A program made the translations under genes and the position numbers. Below, piece after piece: positions 38,262 through 53,139 of a DNA stretch of 64,000 nt (within the stretch, counting starts at the first letter, position 1; every line of letters begins with the position of its first letter). The stretch lies in contig CATNEN010000027.1 in assembly GCA_950097015.1 (NCBI GenBank), positions 744,001 to 808,000 of the forward strand, given 5' to 3'. The DNA comes from Macrostomum hystrix (lineage: Eukaryota; Animalia; Platyhelminthes). Under the pieces are notes generated by a model, which made no database searches, was not told the origin of the DNA, and saw only the letters and a list, made by a program, of their open reading frames with translations.

Positions 38262-39005
38262 AGAGATTTAGAGAGAGACTGAGGGAGACTGAGAGACTGG
38301 GGGAGACTGAGAGAGACTGAGAGAGACTGAGGGAGACTGAGAGAGACTGAGGGAGACTGAGGGAGACTGAGAGACTGAGAGAGACTGAGAGAGACTGAGA
38401 GAGACTGAGGGAGACTGAAAGAGACTGAGGGAGACTGAGAGAGACTGAGGGAGACTGAGAGACTGGGGGAGACTGAGAGAGACTGAGAGAGACTGAGAGA
38501 GACTGAGGGAGACTGAGAGAGACTGAGAGACTGGGGGAGACTGAGAGAGACTGAGAGAGACTGAGGGAGACTGAGAGAGACTGAGAGAGACTGAGAGAGA
38601 CTGAGGGAGACTGAGAGAGACTGAGAGAGACTGAGGGAGACTGAGGGAGATTGAGAGAGATTAAGAGAGACTGAGAGACTGGGGGAGACTGAGAGAGACT
38701 GAGAGAGACTGAGAGAGATTGAGAGAGACTGAGAGAGACTGAGGGAGACTGAGAGAGATTGAGGGAGACTGAGAGAGATTGAGGGAGACTGAGAGAGATT
38801 GAGGGAGACTGAGAGAGACTGAGGGAGACTGAGAGAGATTGAGAGAGACTGAGAGAGATTGAGAGAGACTGAGAGAGACTGAGGGAGGCTGAGAGAGACT
38901 GAGAGAGACTGAGAGAGACTGAGGGAGACTGAGAGAGACTGAGGGAGACTGAGAGAGACTGAGGGAGACTGAGGGAGACTGAGGGAGACTGAGAGAGACT
39001 GAGAG
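38262..39005 (-). repeat. Same 10-bp minisatellite in inverted orientation, (GAGRGAGACT)n on +
   Basis: Reverse complement of the TCAGTCTCYC unit. Confidence 0.95.
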
Positions 39006-39392
39006 AAACGAAATATGATAGCTATTGTTAGCTGGTCGAATATAGAAACGCTATGTGAGCAATAAAGTGCGCCGGTGTTGGGTATTGAAGTACACAAATG
39101 TCAGTACTCACACAGGGCTCTAGCTCCATCCATGCCTGACTGTGGCTAAGGCGCGCCAGGCCCGAGCTCAGCGCGACACACTCGCTGAGGAATCGCAGCT
39201 CTGCAAACAGAAGCGGGATAATGTTGAGCCTTTTTGGTCCTGCTGAGCAGAGAAGGGAATGCTGTGGGCCTGAGCAGTTAGGAGAATTTATTTCTCAGCC
39301 AGGAGCACTTGTAAGAGGGAATTCTTTGCTCTGCGCGCCCTGATTGGCTGGACTGCTGAGTAGTATGAACGCGTGAGTCGCTGCACGGAATT

Positions 39393-42300
39393 TCTAGCTA
39401 CTGGGAATATCTAGCTACTGGGAATATCTAGCTACTGGGAATATCTAGCTACTGGGAATATCTAGCTACTGGGAATATCTAGCTACTGGGAATATCTAGC
39501 TACTGGGAATATCTAGCTACTGGGAGTATCTAGCTACTGGGAATATCTAGCTACTGGGAATATCTAGCTACTGGGAATATGTAGCTACTGGGAATATCTA
39601 GCTACTGTGAATATCTAGCTACTGGGAATATGTAGCTACTGGGAATATCTAGCTACTGGGAATATCTAGCTACTGGGAATATCTAGCTACTGGGAATATC
39701 TAGCTACTGGGAATATCTAGCTACTGGGAATATCTAGCTACTGGGAATATCTAGCTACTGGGAATATCTAGCTACTGGGAATATGTAGCTACTGGGAATA
39801 TCTAGCTACTGGGAATATCTAGCTACTGGGAATATCTAGCTACTGGGAATATGTAGCTACTGGGAATATCTAGCTACTGGGAATATCTAGCTACTTGGAA
39901 TATCTAGCTACTGGGAATATCTAGCTACTGGGAATATCTAGCTACTGGGAATATCTAGCTACTGGGAATATCTAGCTACTGGGAATATCTAGCTACTGGG
40001 AATATCTAGCTACTTGGAATATCTAGCTACTGGGAATATCTAGCTACTGGGAATATCTAGCTACTGGGAATATCTAGCTACTGGGAATATCTAGCTACTT
40101 GGAATATCTAGCTACTGGGAATATCTAGCTACTGGGAATATCTAGCTACTTGGAATATCTAGCTACTGGGAATATCTAGCTACTGGGAATATCTAGCTAC
40201 TGGGAATATCTAGCTACTGGGAATATCTAGCTACTTGGAATATCTAGCTACTGGGAATATCTAGCTACTGGGAATATCTAGCTACTGGGAATATCTAGCT
40301 ACTGGGAATATCTAGCTACTGGGAATATCTAGCTACTGGGAATATGTAGCTACTGGGAATATCTAGCTACTGGGAATATCTAGCTACTGTGAATATCTAG
40401 CTACTGGGAATATCTAGCTACTTGGAATATCTAGCTACTGGGAATATCTAGCTACTGGGAATATCTAGCTACTGGGAATATCTAGCTACTGGGAATATCT
40501 AGCTACTGGGAATATGTAGCTACTGGGAATATCTAGCTACTGGGAATATCTAGCTACTGGGAATATCTAGCTACTGGGAATATCTAGCTACTGGGAATAT
40601 CTAGCTACTGGGAATATCTAGCTACTGGGAATATCTAGCTACTGGGAATATGTAGCTACTGGGAATATCTAGCTACTGGGAATATCTAGCTACTGGGAAT
40701 ATCTAGCTACTGGGAATATCTAGCTACTGGGAATATGTAGCTACTGGGAATATCTAGCTACTGGGAATATGTAGCTACTGGGAATATCTAGCTACTGGGA
40801 ATATCTAGCTACTGGGAATATCTAGCTACTGTGAATATCTAGCTAATGTGAATATCTAGCTACTGGGAATATCTAGCTACTGGGAATATCTAGCTACTGG
40901 GAATATCTAGCTACTGGGAATATGTAGCTACTGGGAATATGTAGCTACAGGGAATATCTAGCTACTGGGAATATCTAGCTACTGGGAATATCTAGCTACT
41001 GGGAATATCTAGCTACTGGGAATATCTAGCTACTGGGAATATGTAGCTACTGGGAATATCTAGCTACTGGGAATATGTAGCTACTGGGAATATCTAGCTA
41101 CAGGGAATATCTAGCTACTGGGAATATCTAGCTACTGGGAATATCTAGCTACTGGGAATATGTAGCTACTGGGAATATGTAGCTACTGGGAATATCTAGC
41201 TACTGGGAATATCTAGCTACTGGGAATATCTAGCTACTGGGAATATCTAGCTACTGGGAGTATCTAGCTACTGGGAATATCTAGCTACTGGGAATATCTA
41301 GCTACTGGGAAAATCTAGCTACTGGGAATATCTAGCTACTGGGAATATCTAGCTACAGGGAATATCTAGCTACTGGGAATATCTAGCTACTGGGAATATC
41401 TAGCTACTGGGAATATCTAGCTACTGGGAATATCTAGCTACTGGGAATATCTAGCTACTGGGAATATCTAGCTACTGGGAATATCTAGCTACTGGGAATA
41501 TCTAGCTACTGGGAATATCTAGCTACTGGGAATATCTAGCTACTGGGAATATCTAGCTACTGGGAATATCTAGCTACTGGGAATATCTAGCTACTGGGAA
41601 TATCTAGCTACTGGGAATATCTAGCTACTGGGAATATCTAGCTACTGGGAATATCTAGCTACTGGGAATATGTAGCTACTGGGAATATCTAGCTACTGGG
41701 AATATCTAGCTACTGGGAATATCTAGCTACTGGGAATATCTAGCTACTGGGAATATCTAGCTACTGGGAATATCTAGCTACTGGGAATATCTAGCTACTG
41801 GGAATATCTAGCTACTGGGAATATCTAGCTACTGGGAATATCTAGCTACTGGGAATATCTAGCTACTGGGAATATCTAGCTACTGTGAATATCTAGCTAC
41901 TGTGAATATCTAGCTACTGGGAATATGTAGCTACTGGGAATATGTAGCTACTGGGAATATCTAGCTACTGTGAATATCTAGCTACTGGGAATATGTAGCT
42001 ACTGGGAATATCTAGCTACTGGGAATATGTAGCTACTGGGAATATCTAGCTACTGGGAATATCTAGCTACAGGGAATATGTAGCTACTGGGAATATCTAG
42101 CTACTGGGAATATGTAGCTACTGGGAATATCTAGCTACTGGGAATATCTAGCTACTGGGAATATCTAGCTACTGGGAATATCTAGCTACTGGGAATATCT
42201 AGCTACTGGGAATATCTAGCTACTGGGAATATCTAGCTACTGTGAATATCTAGCTACTGGGAATATCTAGCTACTGTGAATATCTAGCTACTGGGAATAT

Positions 42301-44661
42301 GTAGCTACTGGGAATATCTAGCTACAGGGAATATGTAGCTACTGGGAATATCTAGCTACTGGGAGTATCTAGCTACTGGGAATATCTAGCTACTGTGAAT
42401 ATCTAGCTACTGGGAATATCTAGCTACTGGGAATATGTAGCTACTGGGAATATGTAGCTACTGGGAATATGTAGCTACTGGGAATATCTAGCTACTGGGA
42501 ATATCTAGCTACTGGGAATATCTAGCTACTGGGAATATCTAGCTACTGGGAATATCTAGCTACTGGGAATATGTAGCTACTGGGAATATCTAGCTACTGG
42601 GAATATCTAGCTACTGGGAATATGTAGCTACTGGGAATATCTAGCTACTGGGAATATCTAGCTACTGGGAATATCTAGCTACTGTGAATATCTAGCTACT
42701 GGGAATATCTAGCTACAGGGAATATCTAGCTACAGGGAATATCTAGCTACTGGGAATATCTAGCTACTGGGAATATGTAGCTACTGGGAATATCTAGCTA
42801 CTGGGAATATCTAGCTACTGGGAATATCTAGCTACTGGGAATATCTAGCTACTGGGAATATCTAGCTACTGGGAATATCTAGCTACTGGGAATATCTAGC
42901 TACTGTGAATATCTAGCTACTGGGAATATCTAGCTACTGTGAATATCTAGCTACTGGGAATATGTAGCTACTGGGAATATGTAGCTACTGGGAATATCTA
43001 GCTATTGTGAATATCTAGCTACTGTGAATATCTAGCTACTGGGAATATCTAGCTACAGGGAATATCTAGCTACTGGGAATATGTAGCTACAGGGAATATC
43101 TAGCTACTGGGAATATCTAGCTACTGGGAATATCTAGCTACTTGGAATATCTAGCTACTGGGAATATCTAGCTACTGGGAATATCTAGCTACTGGGAATA
43201 TGTAGCTACTGGGAATATCTAGCTACTGGGAATATGTAGCTACTGGGAATATCTAGCTACTGGGAATATCTAGCTACTGGGAATATCTAGCTACTTGGAA
43301 TATCTAGCTACTGGGAATATCTAGCTACAGGGAATATCTAGCTACTGGGAATATCTAGCTACTGGGAATATGTAGCTACTGGGAATATCTAGCTACTGGG
43401 AATATCTAGCTACTGGGAATATCTAGCTACTGGGAATATCTAGCTACTGGGAATATCTAGCTACTGGGAATATGTAGCTACAGGGAATATCTAGCTACTG
43501 GGAATATCTAGCTACTGGGAATATCTAGCTACTGGGAATATCTAGCTACTGGGAATATCTAGCTACTGGGAATATCTAGCTACTGGGAATATCTAGCTAC
43601 TGGGAATCTCTAGCTACTGGGAATATCTAGCTACTGGGAATATCTAGCTACAGGGAATATCTAGCTACTGGGAATATCTAGCTACTGGGAATATGTAGCT
43701 ACAGGGAATATCTAGCTACTGGGAATATGTAGCTACTGGGAATATCTAGCTACTGGGAATATCTAGCTACTGGGAATATCTAGCTACTGTGAATATCTAG
43801 CTACTGGGAATATCTAGCTACTGGGAATATCTAGCTACTGGGAATATCTAGCTACTGGGAATATCTAGCTACTGGGAATATGTAGCTACAGGGAATATCT
43901 AGCTACTGGGAATATCTAGCTACTGGGAATATCTAGCTACTTGGAATATCTAGCTACTGGGAATATCTAGCTACTGGGAATATCTAGCTACTGGGAATAT
44001 GTAGCTACTGGGAATATCTAGCTACTTGGAATATCTAGCTACTGGGAATATGTAGCTACTGGGAATATCTAGCTACTGGGAATATCTAGCTACTGGGAAT
44101 ATGTAGCTACAGGGAATATCTAGCTACTGGGAATATCTAGCTACTGGGAATATCTAGCTACTGGGAATATCTAGCTACTGGGAATATCTAGCTACTGGGA
44201 ATATCTAGCTACTGGGAATATGTAGCTACTGGGAATATCTAGCTACTTGGAATATCTAGCTACTGGGAATATCTAGCTACAGGGAATATCTAGCTACTGT
44301 GAATATCTAGCTACTGGGAATATGTAGCTACTGGGAATATCTAGCTACTTGGAATATCTAGCTACAGGGAATATGTAGCTACTGGGAATATCTAGCTACT
44401 GGGAATATGTAGCTACTGGGAATATCTAGCTACTGGGAATATCTAGCTACTGGGAATATCTAGCTACTGGGAATATCTAGCTACTGGGAATATCTAGCTA
44501 CTGGGAAAATCTAGCTACTGGGAATATCTAGCTACTGGGAATATCTAGCTACTGGGAATATCTAGCTACTGGGAATATCTAGCTATTGTGAATATCTAGC
44601 TACTGGGAATATCTAGCTACTGGGAATATCTAGCTACTGGGAATATCTAGCTACTGGGAAT
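39393..44661. repeat. 17-bp satellite (TAGCTACTGGGAATATC)n, about 5.3 kb
   Basis: Direct reading; about 310 units. Confidence 0.98.
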
Positions 44662-44719
44662 ACGTGGTTTAGGGCTCACTTGCAGACGAAATTATTAGCT
44701 GTCCGGCTGTAGAGGAGAA

Positions 44720-44760
44720 CATTGGCCCAGCCCAATGGACTCTTTAAAAGCGGGAATTGC
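44720..44760 (+). promoter_or_regulatory. Possible core promoter (CCAAT followed by TATA-like TTTAAAAG)
   Basis: GCCCAATGG then CTCTTTAAAAGC in unique sequence about 2.9 kb upstream of the DEG/ENaC ATG; motif match only. Confidence 0.2.
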
Positions 44761-45272
44761 CCCCTTAGTCGGCTGGCTGCCCCCTGCTTCTCTCTTCCTT
44801 TCCCTTCTTCATCTCTCTGATCTTGCACTTTATCCTCGACTTTCCCGTGCCAGCGTCTCTCAAGCAAGCGTGCCGATTTCAATTCGGGTTTGCTATTTTA
44901 GCCTATTTTGTTTTTATACACTCGTGTACTCGGAACTCAAGGCCGCCAAGAGGCATATCGCTAGCTAGAAATCTAATCTCATTAGCGCAAGTTTAACAGC
45001 AAATACCATCACTGGGTCCGCCAATCTAATCGAGTTGTTGTTGCTATCCGAAATTTAGGGTTTTTACCTTAGATTTCGAGTAGATTTAATGTCCTAGAAT
45101 TAGTTGTTCTAATGCGATCACTACTACTAATTCGGAACCGAGTAAGTAGTACTGAGAAAACTGTAAGTAAATTGTTTGCACTTGAGAGAAAATTCTGTGG
45201 TTTTTATACTGGCATCGATTTTCGCTCGGCTTGAATTGCTGTGAGTTTGGCTTGACGTCCTTCCCGTCCTTA

Positions 45273-46266
45273 AGTGAGTGAGTGAGTGAGTGAGTGAGTG
45301 AGTGAGTGAGTGAGTGATTGAGTGAGTAAGTGAGTGAGTAAGTGAGTGACTGAGTGAGTGAATAGTGGGTGAGTGAGTGAGTGAGTGGTGAGTGAGTGAG
45401 TGAGTAAGTGAGTAAGTGAGTGAGTGAGTGAGTAAGTGAGTGACTGAGTGAGTGAATAGTGGGTGAGTGAGTAAGTGAGTAAGTGAGTGAGTGAGTGAGT
45501 AAGTGAGTAAGTGAGTGAGTGAGTGAGTAAGTGAGTGACTGAGTGAGTGAATAGTGGGTGAGTGAGTGAGTGAGTGGTGAGTGAGTGAGTGAGTAAGTGA
45601 GTAAGTGAGTGAGTGAGTGATTAAGTGAGTGAATAGTGAGTGAATAATGGGTGAGTGAGTGAGTGAGTGAGTAAGTGAGTAAGTGAGTGAGTGAGTGAGT
45701 AAGTGAGTAAGTGAGTGAGTGAGTGAGTAAGTGAGTGACTGAGTGAGTGAATAGTGGGTGAGTGAGTGAGTGAGTGGTGAGTGAGTAAGTGAGTAAGTGA
45801 GTGAGTGAGTGAGTAAGTGAGTGAATAGTGAGTGAATAATGGGTGAGTGAGTGAGTGAGTGAGTAAGTGAGTAAGTGAGTAAGTGAGTGAGTGAGTGAGT
45901 AAGTGAGTGATGAGTGAGTGAATAGTGGGTGAGTGAGTGAGTGATTGAGTGAGTGAGTGAGTGAGTAAGTGAGTAAGTGAGTGAGTAAGTGAGTGAGTGA
46001 GTAAGTGAGTGAGTGAGTAAGTGAGTGAGTAAGTAAGTGAGTGAGTGAGTAAGTAAGTAAGTGAGTGAGTAAGTGAGTGAGTAAGTGAGTGAGTGAGTAA
46101 GTGAGTGACTGAGTGAGTGAATAGTGGGTGAGTGAGTGAGTGATTGAGTGAGTGAGTGAGTGAGTAAGTGAGTGAGTGAGTGAGTAAGTGAGTGAGTGAG
46201 TGAGTAAGTGAGTGACTGAGTGAGTGAATAGTGGGTGAGTGAGTGAGTGGTGAGTGAGTGAGTGAC
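45273..46266. repeat. (GTGA)n/(GTAA) compound microsatellite
   Basis: Direct reading. Confidence 0.95.
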
Positions 46267-46732
46267 TTAAGGAGGAACAGAAATAGGCAGAAAGCGGGAT
46301 AAAAGAATGGAAGAGTTAGCGGGAGAATAATGTCAAGCGTACACTGGTTTGGGAATGGGTGCATTAGATACGAGGCTGAGCTGAGTTGTGAAGGTCCAGT
46401 AATTAGTTTGACCCGCAACTTCGATGCCCACAGAGCTGCAGCCCGCACAGTTTGAATTTGAGGCATGAAGCAGGCAGTTAAAAAGTTGATAATCGATGCT
46501 TTTAATTGTCTGTGCTTGCCTAGCCATTTTATCACAGTTCCTATCCAAACAAATAGTACATTAGTCAATTGCGGTGCAAAATTTGTTTTAGTTTTGATCC
46601 CTGTAATAGGCCGTCTAAATGGCAATTTTCATAATCGAATAATAAGCGAATAGTCAGACATTTTTTGGTAACTGATGGTGATGGCCTAGGATTAACCTGT
46701 GCATCATAACGATGTGAGAGAGAACGTAAGAG

Positions 46733-47302
46733 ATGGAATGTAAGAGATGAAATGTGAGATATGGAATATGAGAGATGGAATGTGAGATATGGAATGTGAG
46801 AGATGGAATGTGAGAGATGGAATATGAGAGATGGAATGTGAGAGATGGAATGTGAGAGATGGAATGTGAGAGATGGAATATGAGAGATGGAATGTGAGAG
46901 ATGGAATGTGAGAGATGGAATGTGAGAGATGGGATGTGAAAGATGGAATGTAAGAGATGAAATGTGAGAGATCGAATGTGAGATATGGAATATGAGAGAT
47001 GGAATGTGAGAGATGAAATGTAAGAGATGAAATGTGAGAGATGGAATGTGAGAGATTGAATGTAAGAGATAAAATGTGAGAGATTGAATGTGAGAGATGA
47101 AATGTGAGATATGGAATGTGAGAGATGGAATGTGAGAGATGGAATGTGAGAGATGGAATGTGAGATATGGAATGTGAGAGATGGAATGTGAGATATGGAA
47201 TGAGGGAGATGGAATGTGAGATATGGAATGAGGGAGATGGAATGTGAGAGATGGAGTGTGAGAGATGGAATGTGAGATATTGAATGAGGGAGATGGAATG
47301 TG
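46733..47302. repeat. 14-bp minisatellite (ATGGAATGTGAGAG)n
   Basis: Direct reading. Confidence 0.9.
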
Positions 47303-47606
47303 GGCCTCTCTGAAATTGTAATGCTCCGAAAATGAAATAGCTGGTTGTTTTTACGGCAACTCTTAGCAGCGGATGTAGCCTATCAGCTCAGATCGGTCTA
47401 GTTGCTAGGCAGAACAGCTGCAGAAGAGCCGTTGATAGTATTGCTGTATGGGGTGCCGGACCATTTGGTTACTGCATTTCTACAAGCCCTTAAAAGCGTC
47501 AGACACTGGCGCCACCAAGTTTCAACTGTTCTCAAAAAAAATTGCTACAACACTATTTAAGCGGCTCGTTTTAACAAGTAGAAATTCAGCTTCAACGCTA
47601 AACGAC

Positions 47607-48317
47607 ATGACGATCCAAGACGACCTGGCGTTCTTCTGCAACTCCACGTCGTTGCGCGGTGTTGCCAAGGCAACAAAATCGCCAACCAGAGTGCTCAGGA
47701 CTCTGTGGACAGTGTACATCCTGGCAATGGCAGTCGCTTTGCTGACCTGCGTGTGCTTCATAGTGTTGGACTACACTCAGTACAAGACCATCATACAGTC
47801 CACCCTGATCATCAACGACATGTCCAGTCACAGCTACCCGGCACTGACCTTCTGCAACCACTACCCTTTCCAGGAATCGGCGCACACTCTGTGGGCCAGC
47901 GGCAAGGTGCTATCGCCGGCCAACTATTCCAGAATGCTCCGACGCGAGGCCTTCGCGGCGTTCAGCAAGGGCGACTTCCGCACCATGGAGAACCTGCTAG
48001 TGTATGACTCCAAGCGAGTGTACTACCAGACACTGCCACACGAGCACGCACTTAATGTTAGCTTCACAATACCTCAGGTGTTTCTCTTCTGCATCCGGGG
48101 CCACGGCCACCTCATGGACATCACGGAAGCTGGCAGCTGCGAGTTCATAATTAAGAGCATCAGCATGCCATCATTTTTCACCTGCTTTCAGGTGCAGATT
48201 AATCAGCCGCACGATTGGATTACTCTGATCTTGCACGTTGTGAAGGGGCCGCAGAGCAGATACGAAGAGGCCTTCGTCCAGGATACCTTTGAACAGGCTC
48301 ACGGAATTCGACTGCAG
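47607..48317 (+). CDS. DEG/ENaC (ASIC/FaNaC-like) channel subunit, exon 1
   Basis: MTIQDDLAFFCNSTSLRGVAK, then TM1 LWTVYILAMAVALLTCVCFIV, YPALTFCN (FPAVTxCN motif) and HGIRLQ; donor CAG|GTGCGA, phase 0. Joined with 53140..54087 gives 552 aa. Confidence 0.88.
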
Positions 48318-48462
48318 GTGCGAATGCTGTGCTACTTTCAAATTCAAGCCTCTGAGGTCTTGCTGCTCTCCTGTTCCAACAAGATAGCTGAGAATTAGAG
48401 GCATTCGCACTCATTCCGCACACATCTAAAGCAGTTAGGCAAGGCGCTCTTTGTTTGTCTCA

Positions 48463-51400
48463 AGGGACACATCACACAGGGATACATCACACAGGGATAC
48501 ATCACACAGGGACACATCACACAGGGACACATCACACAGGGACACATCACACAGGGACACATCACACAGGGACACATCACACAGGGACACATCACACAGG
48601 GACACATCACACAGGGGCACATCACACTCGGACACATCACACAGGGACACATCACACAGGGATACATCACACAGGGACACATCACACAGGGACACATCAC
48701 ACAGGGACACATCACACAGGGACACATCACACAGGGACACATCACACAGGGATACATCACACAGGGACACATCACACAGGGACACATCACACAGGGACAC
48801 ATCACACAGGGACACATCACACAGGGACACATCACACAGGGATACATCACACAGGGACACATCACACAGGGACACATCACACAGGGACACATCACACAGG
48901 GACACATCACACAGGGACACATCACACAGGGACACATCACACAGGGACACATCACACAGGGACACATCACACAGGGACACATCACACAGGGACACATCAC
49001 ACAGGGACACATCACACAGGGACACATCACACAGGGACACATCACACAGGGATACATCACACAGGGACACATCACACAGGGATACATCACACAGGGATAC
49101 ATCACACAGGGATACATCACACAGGGACACATCACACAGGGACACATCACACAGGGACACATCACACAGGGATACATCACACAGGGACACATCACACAGG
49201 GACACATCACACAGGGATACATCACACAGGGACACATCACACAGGGACACATCACACAGGGACACATCACACAGGGACACATCACACAGGGATACATCAC
49301 ACAGGGACACATCACACAGGGATACATCACACAGGGATACATCACACAGGGATACATCACACAGGGACACATCACACAGGGATACATCACACAGGGATAC
49401 ATCACACAGGGATACATCACACAGGGACACATCACACAGGGACACATCACACAGGGACACATCACACAGGGACACATCACACAGGGACACATCACACAGG
49501 GACACATCACACAGGGATACATCACACAGGGACACATCACACAGGGATACATCACACAGGGATACATCACACAGGGATACATCACACAGGGATACATCAC
49601 ACAGGGACACATCACACAGGGATACATCACACAGGGACACATCACACAGGGACACATCACACAGGGACACATCACACAGGGACACATCACACAGGGATAC
49701 ATCACACAGGGACACATCACACAGGGACACATCACACAGGGACACATCACACAGGGATACATCACACAGGGACACATTACACAGGGACACATCACACAGG
49801 GACACATTACACAGGGACACATCACACAGGGACACATTACACAGGGACACATCACACAGGGACACAACACACAGGGACACAACACACAGGGACACATCAC
49901 ACAGGGACACAACTCACTCGGACACATCACACAGGGACACAACTCACTCGGACACATCACACAGGGACACATCACACAGGGACACAACACACATGGACAC
50001 AACACACTCGGACACATCACACAGGGACACAACACACATGGACACAACACACTCGGACACATCACACATGGACACAACTCACTCGGACACATCACACAGG
50101 GACACATCACACAGGGACACAACACACATGGACACAACACACTCGGACACATCACACAGGGACACATCACACAGGGACACATCACACAGGGACACATCAC
50201 ACAGGGACACATCACACAGGGATACATCACACAGGGACACATCACACAGGGATACATCACACAGGGACACATCACACAGGGATACATCACACAGGGACAC
50301 ATCACACAGGGACACATCACACAGGGATACATCACACAGGGACACATCACACAGGGACACATCACACAGGGACACATCACACAGGGACACATCACACAGG
50401 GACACAACACACATGGACACAACACACTCGGACACATCACACAGGGACACATCACACAGGGACACAACTCACTCGGACACATCACACAGGGACACATCAC
50501 ACAGGGACACATCACACAGGGACACATCACACAGGGACACATCACACAGGGATACATCACACAGGGACACATCACACAGGGACACATCACACAGGGATAC
50601 ATCACACAGGGACACATCACACAGGGACACATCACACAGGGACACATCACACAGGGATACATCACACAGGGACACATCACACAGGGACACATCACACAGG
50701 GACACATCACACAGGGACACATCACACAGGGATACATCACACAGGGATACATCACACAGGGACACATCACACAGGGACACATCACACAGGGACACATCAC
50801 ACAGGGACACATCACACAGGGACACATCACACAGGGATACATCACACAGGGACACATCACACAGGGATACATCACACAGGGACACATCACACAGGGACAC
50901 ATCACACAGGGATACATCACACAGGGACACATCACACAGGGACACATCACACAGGGACACATCACACAGGGACACATCACACAGGGACACAACACACATG
51001 GACACAACACACTCGGACACATCACACAGGGACACATCACACAGGGACACAACTCACTCGGACACATCACACAGGGACACATCACACAGGGATACATCAC
51101 ACAGGGACACATCACACAGGGACACATCACACAGGGATACATCACACAGGGACACATCACACAGGGACACATCACACAGGGACACATCACACAGGGATAC
51201 ATCACACAGGGACACATCACACAGGGACACATCACACAGGGACACATCACACAGGGACACATCACACAGGGATACATCACACAGGGATACATCACACAGG
51301 GACACATCACACAGGGACACATCACACAGGGACACATCACACAGGGACACATCACATAGGGACACATCACACAGGGACACATCACACAGGGGCACATCAC

Positions 51401-53065
51401 ACAGGGACACATCACACAGGGACACATCACACTCGGACACATCACACAGGGACAAATCACACAGGGACACATCACACAGGGACACATCACACAGGGACAC
51501 ATCACACAGGGGCACATCACACAGGGACACATCACACAGGGACACATCACACTCGGACACATCACACAGGGACACATCACACAGGGACACATCACACAGG
51601 GACACATCACACAGGGACACATCATACTGGGACACATCACACAGGGACACATCACACAGAGACGTATCACACAGGGACACATCACACAGGGACACAACTC
51701 ACTCGGACACATCACACAGGGACACATCACACAGGGACACAACACACAGGGACACATTACACAGGGACACATCACACAGGGACACATCACACAGGGACAC
51801 ATTACACAGGGACACATCACACAGGGACACATCACACAGGGACACATTACACAGGGACACATCACACAGGGACACATCACACAGGGACACATTACACAGG
51901 GACAAATCACACAGGGACACATTACACATGGACACATCACACAGGGACACATCACACAGGGACACATCACACAGGGACACATCACACAGGGACACATCAC
52001 ACAGGGACACATCACACAGGGACACATCACACAGGGACACATCACACAGGGACAAATCACACAGGGACACATCACACAGGGACACATCACACAGGGACAC
52101 ATCACACAGGGGCACATCACACAGGGACACATCACACAGGGACACATCACACTCGGACACATCACACAGGGACACATCACACAGGGACACATCACACAGG
52201 GACACATCACACAGGGACACATCATACTGGGACACATCACACAGGGACACATCACACAGAGACGTATCACACAGGGACACATCACACAGGGACACAACAC
52301 ACAGGGACACAACACACAGGGACACATCATACTGGGACACATCACACTGGGACACATCACACAGAGACGTATCACACAGGGACACATCACACAGGGACAC
52401 ATCACACAGGGACACAACACACAGGGACACAACTCACTCGGACACATCACACAGGGACACATCACACAGGGACACAACACACAGGGACACATTACACAGG
52501 GACACATCACACTCGGACACATCACACAGGGACACATTACACAGGGACACATCACACAGGGACACAACACACAGGGACACAACACACTCAGACACATCAC
52601 ACAGGGACACAACTCACTCGGACACATCACACAGGGACACATCACACAGGGACACAACACACTCGGACACATCACACAGGGACACATCACACAGGGACAC
52701 ATCACACTCGGACACATCACACAGGGACACATCTATCAAGGACACATCACACAGGGACACATCACACAGGGACACAACACACTCGGACACATCACACAGG
52801 GACACAACACACAGGGACACATCACACAGGGACACATCACACAGGGACACATCACACAGGGACACATCACACAGGGACACATCACACAGGGACACATCAC
52901 ACAGGGGCACAACACACTCGGACACATCACACAGGGACACATCACACAGGGACACAACTCACAGGGACACAACACACTCGGACACATCACACAGGGACAC
53001 ATCACACAGGGACACAACACACTCGGACACATCACACAGGGACACATCTATCAAGGACACATCAC
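48463..53065. repeat. 15-bp minisatellite (GACACATCACACAGG)n filling the DEG/ENaC intron
   Basis: Direct reading; about 305 units in strict register. Confidence 0.98.
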
Positions 53066-53139
53066 AGCGGGGTACACTGGGGCAAGTTATCCAAAAGCGC
53101 TCATGGAATAACGGCCAGGAATTGGTCTATCTCGAGCAG

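Noticed and set aside
8668-44661. CRISPR-like regular repeats
   Set aside because: Units are head-to-tail with no unique spacers, there are no cas genes, and the context is eukaryotic.
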